Source: Octopus vulgaris
Lineage: Eukaryota
Direction: 5' to 3'
DNA: 64,000 nt
Assembly: GCA_951406725.2 (NCBI GenBank)
Contig: OX597815.1
Location: forward strand, 138,136,001-138,200,000
In this document: in pieces, positions 26,861 through 39,277 of the stretch
How positions within the stretch are numbered: position 1 is the stretch's first letter
Layout of the letters: the number at the start of each line of letters is the position of its first letter
Made by a program: the position numbers and the translations under genes
Notes under the pieces: generated by a model
Seen by the model: the letters and a program-made list of their open reading frames with translations, nothing else
Database searches by the model: none
What the model was told of the DNA's origin: nothing

Positions 26861-27290
26861 TTACAAAAATGTATAAGTTTCAATTCGTTACGGCCGTTTC
26901 GAGTGACTCCTTTAATTGATCAATGAAAGCATTACATCATTACAAAGAAAACTGTTCTTGTCAGATGATTGCATAGATTCCGCTGCTAACTTTTTGGCAG
27001 AATGAAAAAAGAATAGTACAGCCACAGACAAACCAGAAATTAGCATGGTCTGGTACTGCCCCGTTTTCATTCTGACAAAAAATCTAGCAGTGGAATCATT
27101 GTAAATATTTACTCTCTATTGATGATATGAATATGTTTAAATATCTAGCTTGTCCTTTATGCTTGAAGTCTATGCAGTCATCTGATGAGAACGGTTTTCT
27201 TTGTAATGATGCAATACTGTCTTTGATCAATTAAAGGAGTCGCTCGAAACGGCCGTAATGAATTGAAACTTATATATCTTTGTTACTCAT
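26856..27290. mobile_element. Palindromic ORF-less element with long-stem-II HHRs (27178-27261 +, 26885-26968 -) and a nested inner hairpin
   Basis: Arms 26856-26978 / 27168-27290; inner IR 26976-27010 / 27064-27097. HHR: TCAT-CTGATGA-GA..57 nt..TC-GAAAC-GGCC-GTA-ATGA. Confidence 0.8.
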
Positions 27291-27566
27291 ATTTTACTCA
27301 TTTTACCCACCTACCCTGGAATCTGCACTTCGGAAGTATTTGGAAAGTTTCTTTATATAAAGTATATGTCTGAAAAAACAGGAACGGGTTTATTCACTTA
27401 GTTGGATCGTGCTATCTGCATACATTGCATGACTATCGGGTGGAAAAATTCTGTGTTTGATAACACAGAGTTTGGTAATCATCTAATATTGTCCGAGTTT
27501 CCAAATGAATTCGTCCTAACATGGTGCCTCAATTTAAGTATCTAATTCAACTGAATCTAAATTACA

Positions 27567-27660
<94 letters not shown>

Positions 27661-28463
27661 TGTGTGTGTGTATACACACACACATACATATATAATAATA
27701 ATAATAGCCATAATAATAATAATTTAGACAAACGCGTATAATTGGATTAGTGTGTTTAAATGTTTAGTAGAGCATTGGCACAGTTTGGGCTACCTGGTGT
27801 CATCCGCAATTGTGGTACACTTCCTTTGGATCTACTTCAGGAACTCCGCAGTGGCAGTTAGGATAATAATATAAATTAATAGTAGGAGATGGGTTTCGTA
27901 TTAGACTTTTATTAGGTACAACATATGTTTCGACCCATTAGCCTGGATATCTTCAGATACATTAATAAAGAAGTCTTACTAGAAACTTTTAGTGTTGGCT
28001 GGCTTGTTGTTATATGCCCATCGAGTTCGGGAATGAATAAAAGCAAATAATATTAAAAATACGCTAAAAATTCAAATATGAACATGGAAATCATGCGTTC
28101 CAGTTTAGATAAAATCACCTAGTCAGCTTTCGCTGTCATAACCGCTTAGAGGAAAAAGAAAGTAGGAGAAAGGAAGATTAATACTTAGACAAGTAGATTA
28201 TTACTTAGACAAGAAGGTTAATATTTAGACAGGTAGTGCATATATACACACACACATATACATCTACACACACACATATATATACATACACATACATATA
28301 TGGATATGCATATCTACACACTCGTATATGTAGGTACACATGTGCATATACACATGCATACATATACACACATACATAAAAATGCATAGAGATACGTGCA
28401 TAGACCCAGATATATACACCCACACACGAAGACAAACACATATACACACTCGCATTATACACA

Positions 28464-28900
28464 CGGGTTCGAAAGAACGATCGTTATGTAAACCTCCTCG
28501 AAGAATGTGAAGACGTAGGCTGGAAAGCGGAGCATTTTCCAATCGAAGTCGGATGTAGAGGGTTTGTTGGACACAGTGTGAGACGACTGTTGTTATCGTT
28601 AGGCCTAACTCATCGTAAAGTAAATACCACCATGACCGATATCCAAACTATAATGGAAAAAGCTAGCCACTGGGTTTGGCTAAAAGGAGACGATGAACGA
28701 TGGCTAGAAGAATATTGAGCTGTATTTAATAACCAGTTGATCTAGCATACCAGTGAAGGGGACCGGTGCGCATTGATGTCGTCGAGAAGGAGGCTCTCAA
28801 AACGGCGCGTATTCTCTCCTGATGACTCCATACACTTGCTGGCTTTCGGTATGCAGAGTTCTCGACTGGTAGCACTTGCATGTGCAAGTTGTTTGCAAAA
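28464..28900 (+). mobile_element. Hero-clade RLE LINE 3' end with 3' UTR, inserted in a CA/TA-rich tract
   Basis: RKNDRYVNLLEECEDVGWKAEHFPIEVGCRGFVGHSVRRLLLSLGL...MEKASHWVWLKGDDERW* (stop 28716-28718); EVGCRGF and ASxWxW are typical of Hero. Confidence 0.8.
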
Positions 28901-28994
28901 CATATATATACATATATTCATATACACATGCATACACATATACACACATACATATACATACACAAACACACATACACACACACACGCACGCACG

Positions 28995-29047
<53 letters not shown>

Positions 29048-29593
29048 CTGGATTCTAAAGTTACATGTCTTAATACATGTTATTCGGATACTGTTCCTTT
29101 TTTAGTATAGAAGGTTTTAATGCAGGGGGAAATTAGGTATGGTTTGATTGTAGAATGTAAATTCGTGTTTAGCTGTATGCAGGCACCTGGGTAATTGTTC
29201 CGTAATTCTGTTTATAATGCGCTCTTTTATTAACAATATTGAGAGCGACTCTTCGGAATATAGCTGGCATTTCCAGGATAATGTGTTATAATGTATTAGA
29301 CTTGCATGTCTAATTATGGACGAGGTCAGGTTACATTTTGTCTTCTCTTCCTTGAGCCTCCAGATAACTCAGCCAGTGATGTTACATGTCGTTTAATGAT
29401 TTTTCGAAAGCTGGCAATGTGGTTACGATACCGATTTTTGGAAATATCGGCCGATGCATGATTTCCATGTTCATATTTGGATTTTTAGCGTTTCTATAAT
29501 ATTATTTGCTTTTATTCATTCCCCAACTTGATGGGCCTATAACAACAAGCCAACCGACACTAAAAATCTCCAGTGAGACTTTTTTTTATCAAT

Positions 29594-29638
29594 GTACCTG
29601 AAGAGACCCAGACTCATGGGTCGAAACATATGCTATGC
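29594..29638 (+). ncRNA. Minimal HHR in the inverted pLTR (mirror copy 27916-27960 -)
   Basis: GTAC-CTGAAGA-GACCCA-gactca-TGGGTC-GAAAC-ATAT-G(C)T-; the other copy gives GAAAC-ATAT-GTT-GTAC. Confidence 0.8.
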
Positions 29639-30174
29639 CTAAATAAATTTAATACGAACCCCAATCTCCTATTATTAATATATATATCTATATATATCTA
29701 TATATCTCTATATATATATATATATATATAATCAAAATATCCAGAGATAATGCAGTCCGATCGTTTCATGCGACTCCATTTAATTGAACAATGCAAATAT
29801 TACATCAGTTTTAAAATGTAGAGCAATCTTCAGCTGCATAAAAATATAGAATTTAGTTAAATTCAAAGGATTCATTTGTATAGTTATTCTATTAACCAAA
29901 ATCACAAAGTGGATAAGTAGATAGACAAAGGACAAGTTTCATCAACAATATTAGTAGTAACTGATATTTTTTCACAGGAAGACGCTGCTTATAATTGATT
30001 TTACTTTGTTATTTAGATTTATTACTGGGGAGGAGGGTTAATTTTATAGTCTAGTTTATCAAGTCTAAAGGAAACTAGAATCTATCTTTTATGGATAGAG
30101 TAAAAAAGACAGTTTAAGTGGTAGAGTCATAAATCAAGATCCCTTTGAAGTAGAAACCATTCGGGTTCAGTAAG

Positions 30175-30380
30175 AATATATACTTGGAAGATCTTGGAGC
30201 GTTTAGCTCCTAATTTTGGAATTGACAGCTATACCAATCCTCGAACTGGACGGCACTGCATCATACCAAAGATCCCATCTTCCCCATCTAAAATAAGGAC
30301 ACAGTACTGCAATAGTCTGGGTTTCAAGGACCCGCAATTGTTCAACAACCTTCCAGGTAACCATAGAGATCTACATGGTT
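30175..30380 (+). mobile_element. CR1/L2-group LINE 3' fragment
   Basis: PNFGIDSYTNPRTGRHCIIPKIP...RTQYCNSLGFKDPQLFNNLP. Confidence 0.75.
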
Positions 30381-30763
30381 GGGTTATTTATTTTTTGCCA
30401 AATAAGCTTGCGCTCTATATATTCCTTCTTCACTCTTTTATTATTGTTCTTATTTTCCCTTATGTTCATTGCCTGGAAGTCTTCAGCGACCCTTTCCATT
30501 CACATATATCCTCCTGCTCCTCCTAGTCCATTCTAGAAAGATTTCCAGACAATGGAGATAAGATAAAATAAGAATAATAATAAACGAGTGACAAACGAAT
30601 ATATAAAGCGTTTGTTCATTTGGGCAAAAAAAAAAGAAGAATAACCACCCCAAAATATATCAATATCTGTTTCAACACATGGTTTCACATCAGGAATCTT
30701 GCCAAACAGATTCATAAACGTATCTGTCAGTCCGTCTGTCTGTTTGTTTTTTTCTACCCCCCC

Positions 30764-30801
<38 letters not shown>

Positions 30802-33172
30802 GTTGATATTACTGCTTTTAACCGAGCAGTATGATCTGAATTTTTTATATACATTTAAAATCACAAAGGAATTACTATATTGACCATTATCACTTGTATT
30901 ATTAGAAAAAAGAACGCATGATTGTTACCATTTCTAATTTCTTTGCTATATTCTTAATATCTGTCCTGTTTAAATACTATATAATTAAATAAATTCTTAT
31001 TGTGGGTGAAAGGAAACTATTAACTTTATGAGAAAATTTCATCTAAGAATTTTGAAAACTTTCTTCCTATATAAACTTTATAACATTATTTTCTTGTAAA
31101 TATCGTCAAACGATTTGAAATAACAATTCTATTGAATCAAGTTTTCGCTAGATTATTATTGCATATTTGCTTCTTTAAATTAAAAGCATAGCGTGTAGCT
31201 TGGGCAAGCAAACCTGAAAGCAATGACTCTTCTTCTGCCAGTATTAGTAAAATAAAACAACAATATAAACTAATATCAGAACGAAGTGTAAATTTTCAAA
31301 AATGCTTATTCAGTAGAAAGTGTTCGTTTTAATGCAAAGCAAAATTAGTCGCAAAATAACATTTGGTTTTAAAAAAGGTAAAGAAAAAGAAAACAAACCA
31401 ACAATTGGTTTCTTGTAATTAGTGAAAGTGAAGTTAATGACTTATTGCGTTGAACAAATACTCAATCATGAAGTTGGTTTTGGGAAAAAGAAAGAAGAAA
31501 AATCGCATTTGAAAGCTAAATGAAAAATTTCCAATTAAAGAAACCAAATTAATAGTTAATTTCATCAGTGAAACCCTTCACTTCGTATTGGTCTGCATAT
31601 TTGGACATTTGTAAGTTGTGTTTTTGGCCTTGTCATCCAAACTTGAAGACAGCAAGAAAGCAATAGCAATGTTTCACACTAAAAAATAACGGAACCTGAC
31701 AATTATAGAAAACAAAACCAATATATGATGCAATTATTATAATTATCTAGTTAGATTGAATATTTCAATTAAGTACTTTGGAATTTATTTTAACTAGATC
31801 TTGATGGTTAAGAGAAAGAAAATTACAGAGCAACTAGGAGAAGATGTAATTATAAGTATATTATTCAAAACAAAGCTAATTATAAGCATATTTTACTATG
31901 AATAGTTACAAAGATGTCTTCTCTGTACTGAAACTTTTGCTGTGAACAGAGATAATTACAGAGATTACCACGAAGACAGAAAACTTAAAAGATAACTTAG
32001 CTTCTACCAGAATTGTATTTTATGGCATTCCACAAACTTTTATTTTTTCCTTCTTTCCTATCAAAAATTTACCATTTTACAGTTATGACCGAATCTAAAA
32101 AATGCAAAAAAAAAGACTCCTCCCCCTCGAAAAGAAAACGAAAAATCAACGCTACCTTAAATTTGGTTACCATAAAGCAGATAATGTTATTTGAAAATCT
32201 TACCTGCTGAATTACCACCGAGCTTTCTGGACCATTGATAAGAGAGTTTTACCTAACGTTTCTTCCCATCATTATACCCAAGATGATTCCCCCACTCAAA
32301 TAAATCCGCTGTATTCTCTCGGTCTTACTTCAACGTTTACATTGCAAACACACTCAATAAAGCTCTTCCTAAAACGTGTTGCTTCAGCTCACCTGTCACA
32401 CTTTCCTCTGAACTATTCCGATAATTTCAAGCCAACAAGTAAACTGGTGATTAAGGTCTTACTTTCATCATCCTCATTCATTGAGCTATTGATATAGGTT
32501 TTATTTTAACCAAACTCTTTATATTCGACAATACATGGAAATGTATAATCGAGTGTCTCAGTCTTAAGAAGGTTAACATATATAACCGCACAAATTACCA
32601 CACTAATGTTCTCAGTTCTAAGGTATTCTGTAAAGAATTGAGACCCTCTTCTCTTCTCAGTGACCACCTGTACGACTTCCGAAAACCGGCTCTACCAGTG
32701 AGTTGCTCTCCTTTATCACTTTTCTCTCTTACTTTCGAACTTCAGCTTAAGCAGCGTTTTTCCTTTTTCATAGTTCTTAGAAAAAAACCTTCAACAATTT
32801 CAAGTACAAGAATATGAATGATAATTACAAGGTGTCGCTTATATCTTAGACTAAATGTTTTCTACCAAACCACTTTAGATAGTCTATCAGCTAAAGTGAC
32901 CGCCGATCTCGATAATACTCACCGAATATTTCCTTTTCTTAAATTGGCTGTTAGCTCTTACGATACATATTTCAACTATAATATCACTCTTCAGACCATT
33001 CTGAACATAAGCACCTCTTTAGAAGCCTCATGCCAAACGTTTACTGCTTTCATTAACAGAAACATTGAAAATTCTCCAATAGTAACATAACAAACTATAA
33101 AAATATATCCGCTATGTATGTCAAGCAAACAACCTTACACTTCATTCTCTGTAAAGAAAAAAACGCCAAGTT

Positions 33173-33416
33173 ACCTTCTCGAGTCATGCTGATTCATAAA
33201 GGCCGGTTTCCCGGTTTCATGGCTTATAAATTCCTCATGTGGACGGGATGTCACTCCTTTGCAGAATTACTCATTTTTGCCAGCTGATTGGACTGGAGCA
33301 ACGTGAAATGAAATGTTTTGCTCAAGAACACAACGCGTCGCTCGGTCCAGGAATCGAAACCCCAATGTTACGATCATGAGTCCAACACCCTAATCACTAG
33401 ACCACGCGCTTCCTTC
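33173..33416 (-). mobile_element. tRNA-derived SINE
   Basis: Minus strand GAAGGAAGCGCGTGGTCTAGTGATTAGGGTG...GGTTTCGATTCCTGG. Confidence 0.75.
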
Positions 33417-34616
33417 ATTCTCTGTACTCATATACAACATACTTTCATAAACTACTACCAATTAAAATGTCTGACAAACATTCATGCCAACCTCTCATGG
33501 AACTCTCTCTCAAGACAACATCCAAAAATTTCGCTTCCTCTTCAGGTACATAAAATACTTCAGCTCTTTTCAAGTATAACTTATATTCAAGTATTACTAA
33601 TATACCCGGGACTGATATAGCTATACAAATTCATAGTTTTTCTGTCTACGTCGTTTACTGCTACAATGATATCTGATCTAGTGAACCAGCTAACTGCATT
33701 ATAGCCTCGACCAACACCATTTAATGCAATTTCATCTCTCGTTGTTCCCAAACATCTCACTAAGCAATTTGCTTAATATCTCACTCGCACAACAGTCGTA
33801 CTATAGAATTCTCTCATTTTCTTGTTTTTTCTTTTTATTCAGACTTTAACCAACAAAATTTCAATCTGCAATGCAACCAGTCAGTAGGAGTTGCAAGTAT
33901 GAGAGGTTCAGCACTTTTTCTTTGACTAAGACGAACAAAATGTAATTTTATCTAAAATACTCTTCTACAAAGTGAGATAATTATATAAAAGTCAGATGAC
34001 AAATTATTTAAATTTCATAAGAATAAATAAAACTAATTATTTTGCGTTTACTGTTTGACTTTTTACATCAGCAAATTTTTACAAGCAATGAAAACCTCAT
34101 TGATATTAGAAATAAAAGAATCAGGAAAATGTTAAATTCATATTTTCCCGAGGTTTTGGTTGAGAATCAGAATTGAATCAAGTAATACATTACCTGAACC
34201 GCAATAACTCCGACTGTAGTAATTACAGATATTATATTGTACAGTTACCAATAAAATAAAGAAGCACATATGGTAGTATGTAATGAATTTCCTAAAATTC
34301 TATCTTTTGATTACGATTAAATGTTACTAGAGCGAGATATTTGCTGGTTGAATGTGAAGGCTGACATAAGATTTTCTGTCATATTTATCTAATGGGGGTC
34401 AAGTATACTGCCTGAGAGTGAAACAATTATTAACTGGATATTATTTCTAAAATAAAGAATAGTGACCTTAGACCAACAAATAAAAACAGTCTATCTTCTA
34501 TTGCTTCATAATGAAGTTAAAGTTCTATAAAATTATAGGAGTCAAATACTAGAGTTTATTTCAGTTGACTGTAAACTCTCTCTAAATAGAGAAGTTTTGT
34601 TAAAATGCTATAATCC

Positions 34617-34697
<81 letters not shown>

Positions 34698-34814
34698 ACA
34701 CAGACAGACAGACATACACACACACATAGACACACACATCTTTTTATGTATGTGTATATTTTTTCTTCTTTTACCTGTTTCAAGTCATTTGACTGCGGCC
34801 ATGCTGGAGTGTCG

Positions 34815-34895
<81 letters not shown>

Positions 34896-34898
34896 CGA

Positions 34899-36070
34899 AA
34901 AATAAGATAGGGTAGCAAAATTTTAGAAATTTCACTACCAGTGGCCTAGCATGTATAGTCAATAGACTACATATTTTCCATATAAAATTAGTGTGCATTT
35001 AAACACAGAAGTGGCAACCCTTAATAGGCAGCTTACATGCTAGAAAGAGCAGTCAAAACGTCCAAAATCCACATTTAAGAGCCATTTCGAAGGGAATTAA
35101 AAATAAAAACTTTTACCTTGTTTTTTTACAGCCATACCTAGATTTCGAACTCTAATTAGCAAATAGAATAATTTGCTAGGCGAGTTTCTAATCACTGGGT
35201 ACGCCAAAAACAATTAACATATAATTTAGAGACAGAATAACACTTTCTCATCCTTATGTATTAAAATTATTCAAATTCACCGCGCAAGCACGGTTTTCAG
35301 TCGTCAGCAAGTGAAAAAATGTCGAATTAACTACAGAATATTAAAATCATATTCATAAAATAAGATGGGGTTGCAAAATTTTAGAAATTTCACTACCAGT
35401 GGCCAAGCATGTATAAAAAGTCAATAGACAACATATTTTCCGTATAAAATTAGTGTATATTTAAACACAAAAGAGGCGACTCTTAATAGGAATCCTTACA
35501 TGATAGAAATGGCAGTTAAAAAACGTCGAAAATCACGTTAAAGAGCAATTTCAAAGAGAATAAAAAATAAAAACTTTACCTTGTTTTTTTTTTTACATAA
35601 GTTTCGAACTCTAATTAGCAAATAAAATAATTTGCTAGGCGAAGTTCTCATCAGTGGCTACGTCAAAACAGCATATAATTTAGAGACAGAATAACACGTT
35701 CTCATCCTTATATGTTTTAAATGTATGCTAATTTCATATGGAAAATATGTTATCTATTGACTTTTTATACACGCTAGGCCACTGGTAGGGAAATTTCTAA
35801 AATTTTGCTATCGTATCTTATTTTATGAATATGATTTTAGTCATTTTTGAAGTTAATTCGGCGTTCTTTCAACCGTTGCCGACTGAAAACCGCGCTTGCG
35901 CGGTGAATTTTAAAAATTATAATATATAAGGATGAAACACGTGTTATTCTGTCTCTAAATTATATGTTTATTGTTTTGGCGTTACCACTGATTAGAATTT
36001 TGCCTAGCAAATTATTTTATTTGCTAATTAGGGTTTTGCAAATTAGAGTTTGAAACCTAGGTGTGGCTGT
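34899..36070 (-). mobile_element. Retrozyme/pLTR-like array: ~458-bp unit x1.8 head-to-tail plus an inverted partial copy, one HHR per unit
   Basis: Units start aaaataagat at 34899 and 35357; the inverted copy is 35716-36070. HHRs at 35130-35200 (-), 35598-35659 (-) and 35985-36068 (+). Confidence 0.8.
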
Positions 36071-36074
36071 GTTT

Positions 36075-36937
36075 TACTAGAGCCATGTCTGATAGTGCAG
36101 AGTCTTACTGAATCACATTTGGCCTTCCATTGCATATACTGTCTATCCAGGGCTTAACAATTGTTTCCAGGACCTCAACGTAGTCTGCAGAGTTAACTCT
36201 AAGGCTTTGTGGAAAGAAGTAAGGAGGCGTCACATGTCCTTCATTGCTGACAACCCCTAAAACCATGATAGTTGCAGGAGACTTTGTATACATAACACTT
36301 GGAACTTCAAAAGGTTCTGCACATAACCATCTGTCATTTCTTCTGTTAACATTTTGATCTTGGTTGAAGTTTTTCTCGTTTGAGAAAAAACAAATCAAAT
36401 CTCCTGCTGTATTTTTCAGTTTGTTTAAAAGCCTTTTAGATTTGATGTAGTGATTTTCTTTTGCATTTTCTAGCATAAATTGACCTTTCCTCATCATATA
36501 AGACATATCTGATGTCTTCGTGTTCAACATTTCTAACTGTTCCTTCTGACACATGGAGATCTTTTGCAATTACCTCATGGACTTTGTGGGATTGTAATCA
36601 ATGATCTGTTGAATTTGCTGGATAAATTCAGGCATTCTGATTATTTCAGAGCATTTAGAATGCTTTTTATGCTTTGATACTGGCAATACATTTCCATCTT
36701 CAGTCTCTAACTCCTTACGAACTTTGTAGACGAAAGACCTGGCAACTTTTAACAATCGAGATAATTCTAAATCGCTATGATCAGCCTTTATAACCACAAT
36801 GACAGCATACCTTTTAATTTCTTGAGTAAGCTGAGGGTCAGCCATTATTATTTTCTGAAACAAAGATTATACAAAGTTTGCAAAATATGCAGCAATGATA
36901 AAAAAATGTATGTCCTGAAATATCTTACGCACCTTGT
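36075..36937 (-). mobile_element. DD37D (maT)-like transposon, 3'-truncated
   Basis: FFSNEKNFNQDQNVNRRNDRW...MVLGVVSNEG...YVEVLETIVKPWI...IQ*DSA; left end TACAAGGTGCG. Confidence 0.85.
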
Positions 36938-36946
36938 AATATACGT

Positions 36947-37266
36947 GAAGGTGTGTGGCTTAGTGGTTAGGGTATTCGGCTCACAATCGTAAGGTTGTGA
37001 GTTCGGTTCTCAGCGGTTCATTGTTTCCTTGAACAAGACACTTTATTTCATGCTGCTGCAATCTACTCAGCTGGAAAAAATGACTTGTACTTGTAATTTA
37101 AAGGGCCAGCCTTGTCACATTCTGTCACGCTGAATCTCCCTGACAACTACGCTAAGAGCAGGCGTTTCTGTGGAGTGCGCAGAAACGCATGGACGTTAAT
37201 TTCACGTGCAGACTGTTTCGTTGATTGGATCGACTAGAACACTCGTCGTAATCAACGGAATGTCAG
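36947..37266 (+). mobile_element. tRNA-derived SINE
   Basis: Colinear with 25284-25572. Confidence 0.8.
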
Positions 37267-37529
37267 TTATATATGATATAACTAGACTTTGATAGTTCTA
37301 GTTTTCTTTTTGTGTTAATGAGTAAACATTGCCGCTCCGCTGGTAGAGTGCACCCAGGAAAAACAGAGATGAGTGATGTGATTTCTCTGGTCTGAAGGTG
37401 TGTTAGGGCTGAAATTTATCGCAATATGAGGACAGCACGATACCATGTAGAAGTGTATGAAATAAAAATATGAAAGAAATTGTTGTATATTGTGCTCAGG
37501 TGCACTACAACTAAGAAAGAAAAAAGTCA

Positions 37530-37780
37530 TCAAGTGTACTGTTGGCGGATTTCAGGAAGTATGAAAGTTTTGAAGGATGTAGTGTCTCGATAACTAACGA
37601 CAGATGTGAGTAGTTTATTCCATGCTTCAACAATTCGGAGCGTGAAAAAATGTTTCCGAAAGTCATGGATGTTGTGTTGTTTTTTTGATTTTGTAAGCAT
37701 GCCCACGGGTGTTTGATATATGGAATTCAAATAAGAGGCCCAGGTTGTTGTTGGAAAGACGGGGGATTATTTTGTGGGTG
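37530..37780 (-). mobile_element. CR1 LINE 3' fragment
   Basis: FRKHFFTLRIVEAWNKLLTSVVS...SFKT (FFxxRxxxxWNxL motif). Confidence 0.75.
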
Positions 37781-37789
37781 TCTACCAAG

Positions 37790-38705
37790 TCAGTTGCCAG
37801 GTATGAATGAATCGAGAAGTTTAAAAATGGTCAGACAAACGTGATAATCATCAACCGCTATGACTGCGAGATGTTTCTGACGAACCCACGTTTGACTATT
37901 GATGAAGTGGCATGTTCTCTGCAAATTAGTCATAGTTTTGCATACGAAATCATTCACGACATGCTTCGCGTCGGTCAAGTCTGGGCAAGACGGGTGCCAA
38001 GACAGCTTACCGAATAAGCATAATCGTGAGGAGACCTGTCAACACTTACTCGATTGCTACAACGATGAAAGTAAAGCTTTTTGGAGAGAACAGTCACAGA
38101 TGTGACCTGCGTCCATCACCTTCAGCTAGAATCCAAAAGGCAGAGTATGGAGTGGACACATCCCGAATCGTCCGCAAAAAAGAAATTCGAAATCCAAACT
38201 TCCGCAGAAAAAGTAATGCTAACAGTTTTTTTTAGGCGTAAAACGGCCTGTATTGGAACACTACCCGGAAAAGGTACAATCACTAGTGAAAGCTACAATG
38301 GAATGCTGGCCTACACACTGAAACCAGCAATTTGCATCAAACGCCGAGGTCTCTTCTCAAGTCAAGTGCTACTGATGCACAACAATGCACATTCACATAC
38401 AATCGCTCACACCACTGAAACTATTGAAAAATTGGGTCTTACATTGTTGGAACATTCTGCATATAGTCCAGATCTCACTCCTTTCGCTTTGGATCGCTGA
38501 AACATCATTTACAGCGTAATCGATTTGCTACAAACGAAGAAATACAGGAAACGGTGCATAAATAGCTGCGCGATCAGCCGGAAACCTTCTGATACAATAT
38601 GCAAGCTTGTGAACCGGTAGAAGAAGTGCATCGTAAAGCAAGGAAACTATGTGGAAAATTATGTAATTGTCCAATCCTTGCTTTTGTTTTAATAAATTAC
38701 AGGAA
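37790..38705 (+). mobile_element. Decayed mariner (DD34D) transposase fragment
   Basis: VWARRVPR, ESKRQSMEW, SAEKVMLTVF, LLMHNNAHSH, EHSAYSPDLTP. Confidence 0.85.
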
Positions 38706-38830
38706 GAAGAAATGCTTCCCTACATCAACGTAAGTGCAGTTAGTTACCAAGATCAATACCAGCTACTACAAGGATGTATGTACGTATGAGTGTATGTTTG
38801 CGCATGTATGTGTATGAATGTGTTTGTGTT

Positions 38831-38870
<40 letters not shown>

Positions 38871-39277
38871 CTCTCGCGTTTAGAATTAAAATCTTACAGT
38901 CGGTGAAATATTTCAATGATATACAGATTATAGACAAGGCTATCTATAAATGCAATCTTAGTGTCTGCCGAAGCATTGAAAATATGAAAACAATAAGAAA
39001 ACTGTACGTATGTTATAAGTGAAGTCGACAAAATATTTCGTCATAATAGATGTATATGAAAGTTTTCACTCGAAATATACAAAAAAGCAAAAAAATTAAA
39101 TTACCAATCTTTTTTTACTTCCCTTAAATTTTGGGTATTGAAAATCAAGAGTGAAATAACATCATAATAAAATAATTTACAAAATTTGAAAAATATCTTC
39201 TTTCATGAAATCAATAAAATATATTAAAATCTTTTGTTATTTACTGTTGTGAAAATTTTTATTTACAAAACAAAACT

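Larger units (their letters stand above)
27876..29680 (-). mobile_element. 5'-truncated Penelope-like element with 3' pLTR (27876-28097) and inverted 5' pLTR (29456-29680)
   Basis: Minus strand 29157-29458 reads KNRYRNHIASFRKIIKRHVTSLAE/IWRLKEE...WKCQLYSEESLSILL...INRITEQLPRCLH (PLE GIY-YIG C-terminal half). The ~220-bp inverted terminal copies each carry an HHR. Confidence 0.85.

Noticed and set aside
32000-33900. Decayed plus-strand LINE
   Set aside because: Only a WNSL-like trace and compositional skew; too weak to annotate.
35881-35912. CTGAAA-ACCGCGC-TT-GCGCGGT-GAAT as a second HHR in the 458-bp unit
   Set aside because: Core length and GAAA register do not fit and there is no stem I/III; kept only as a hairpin.
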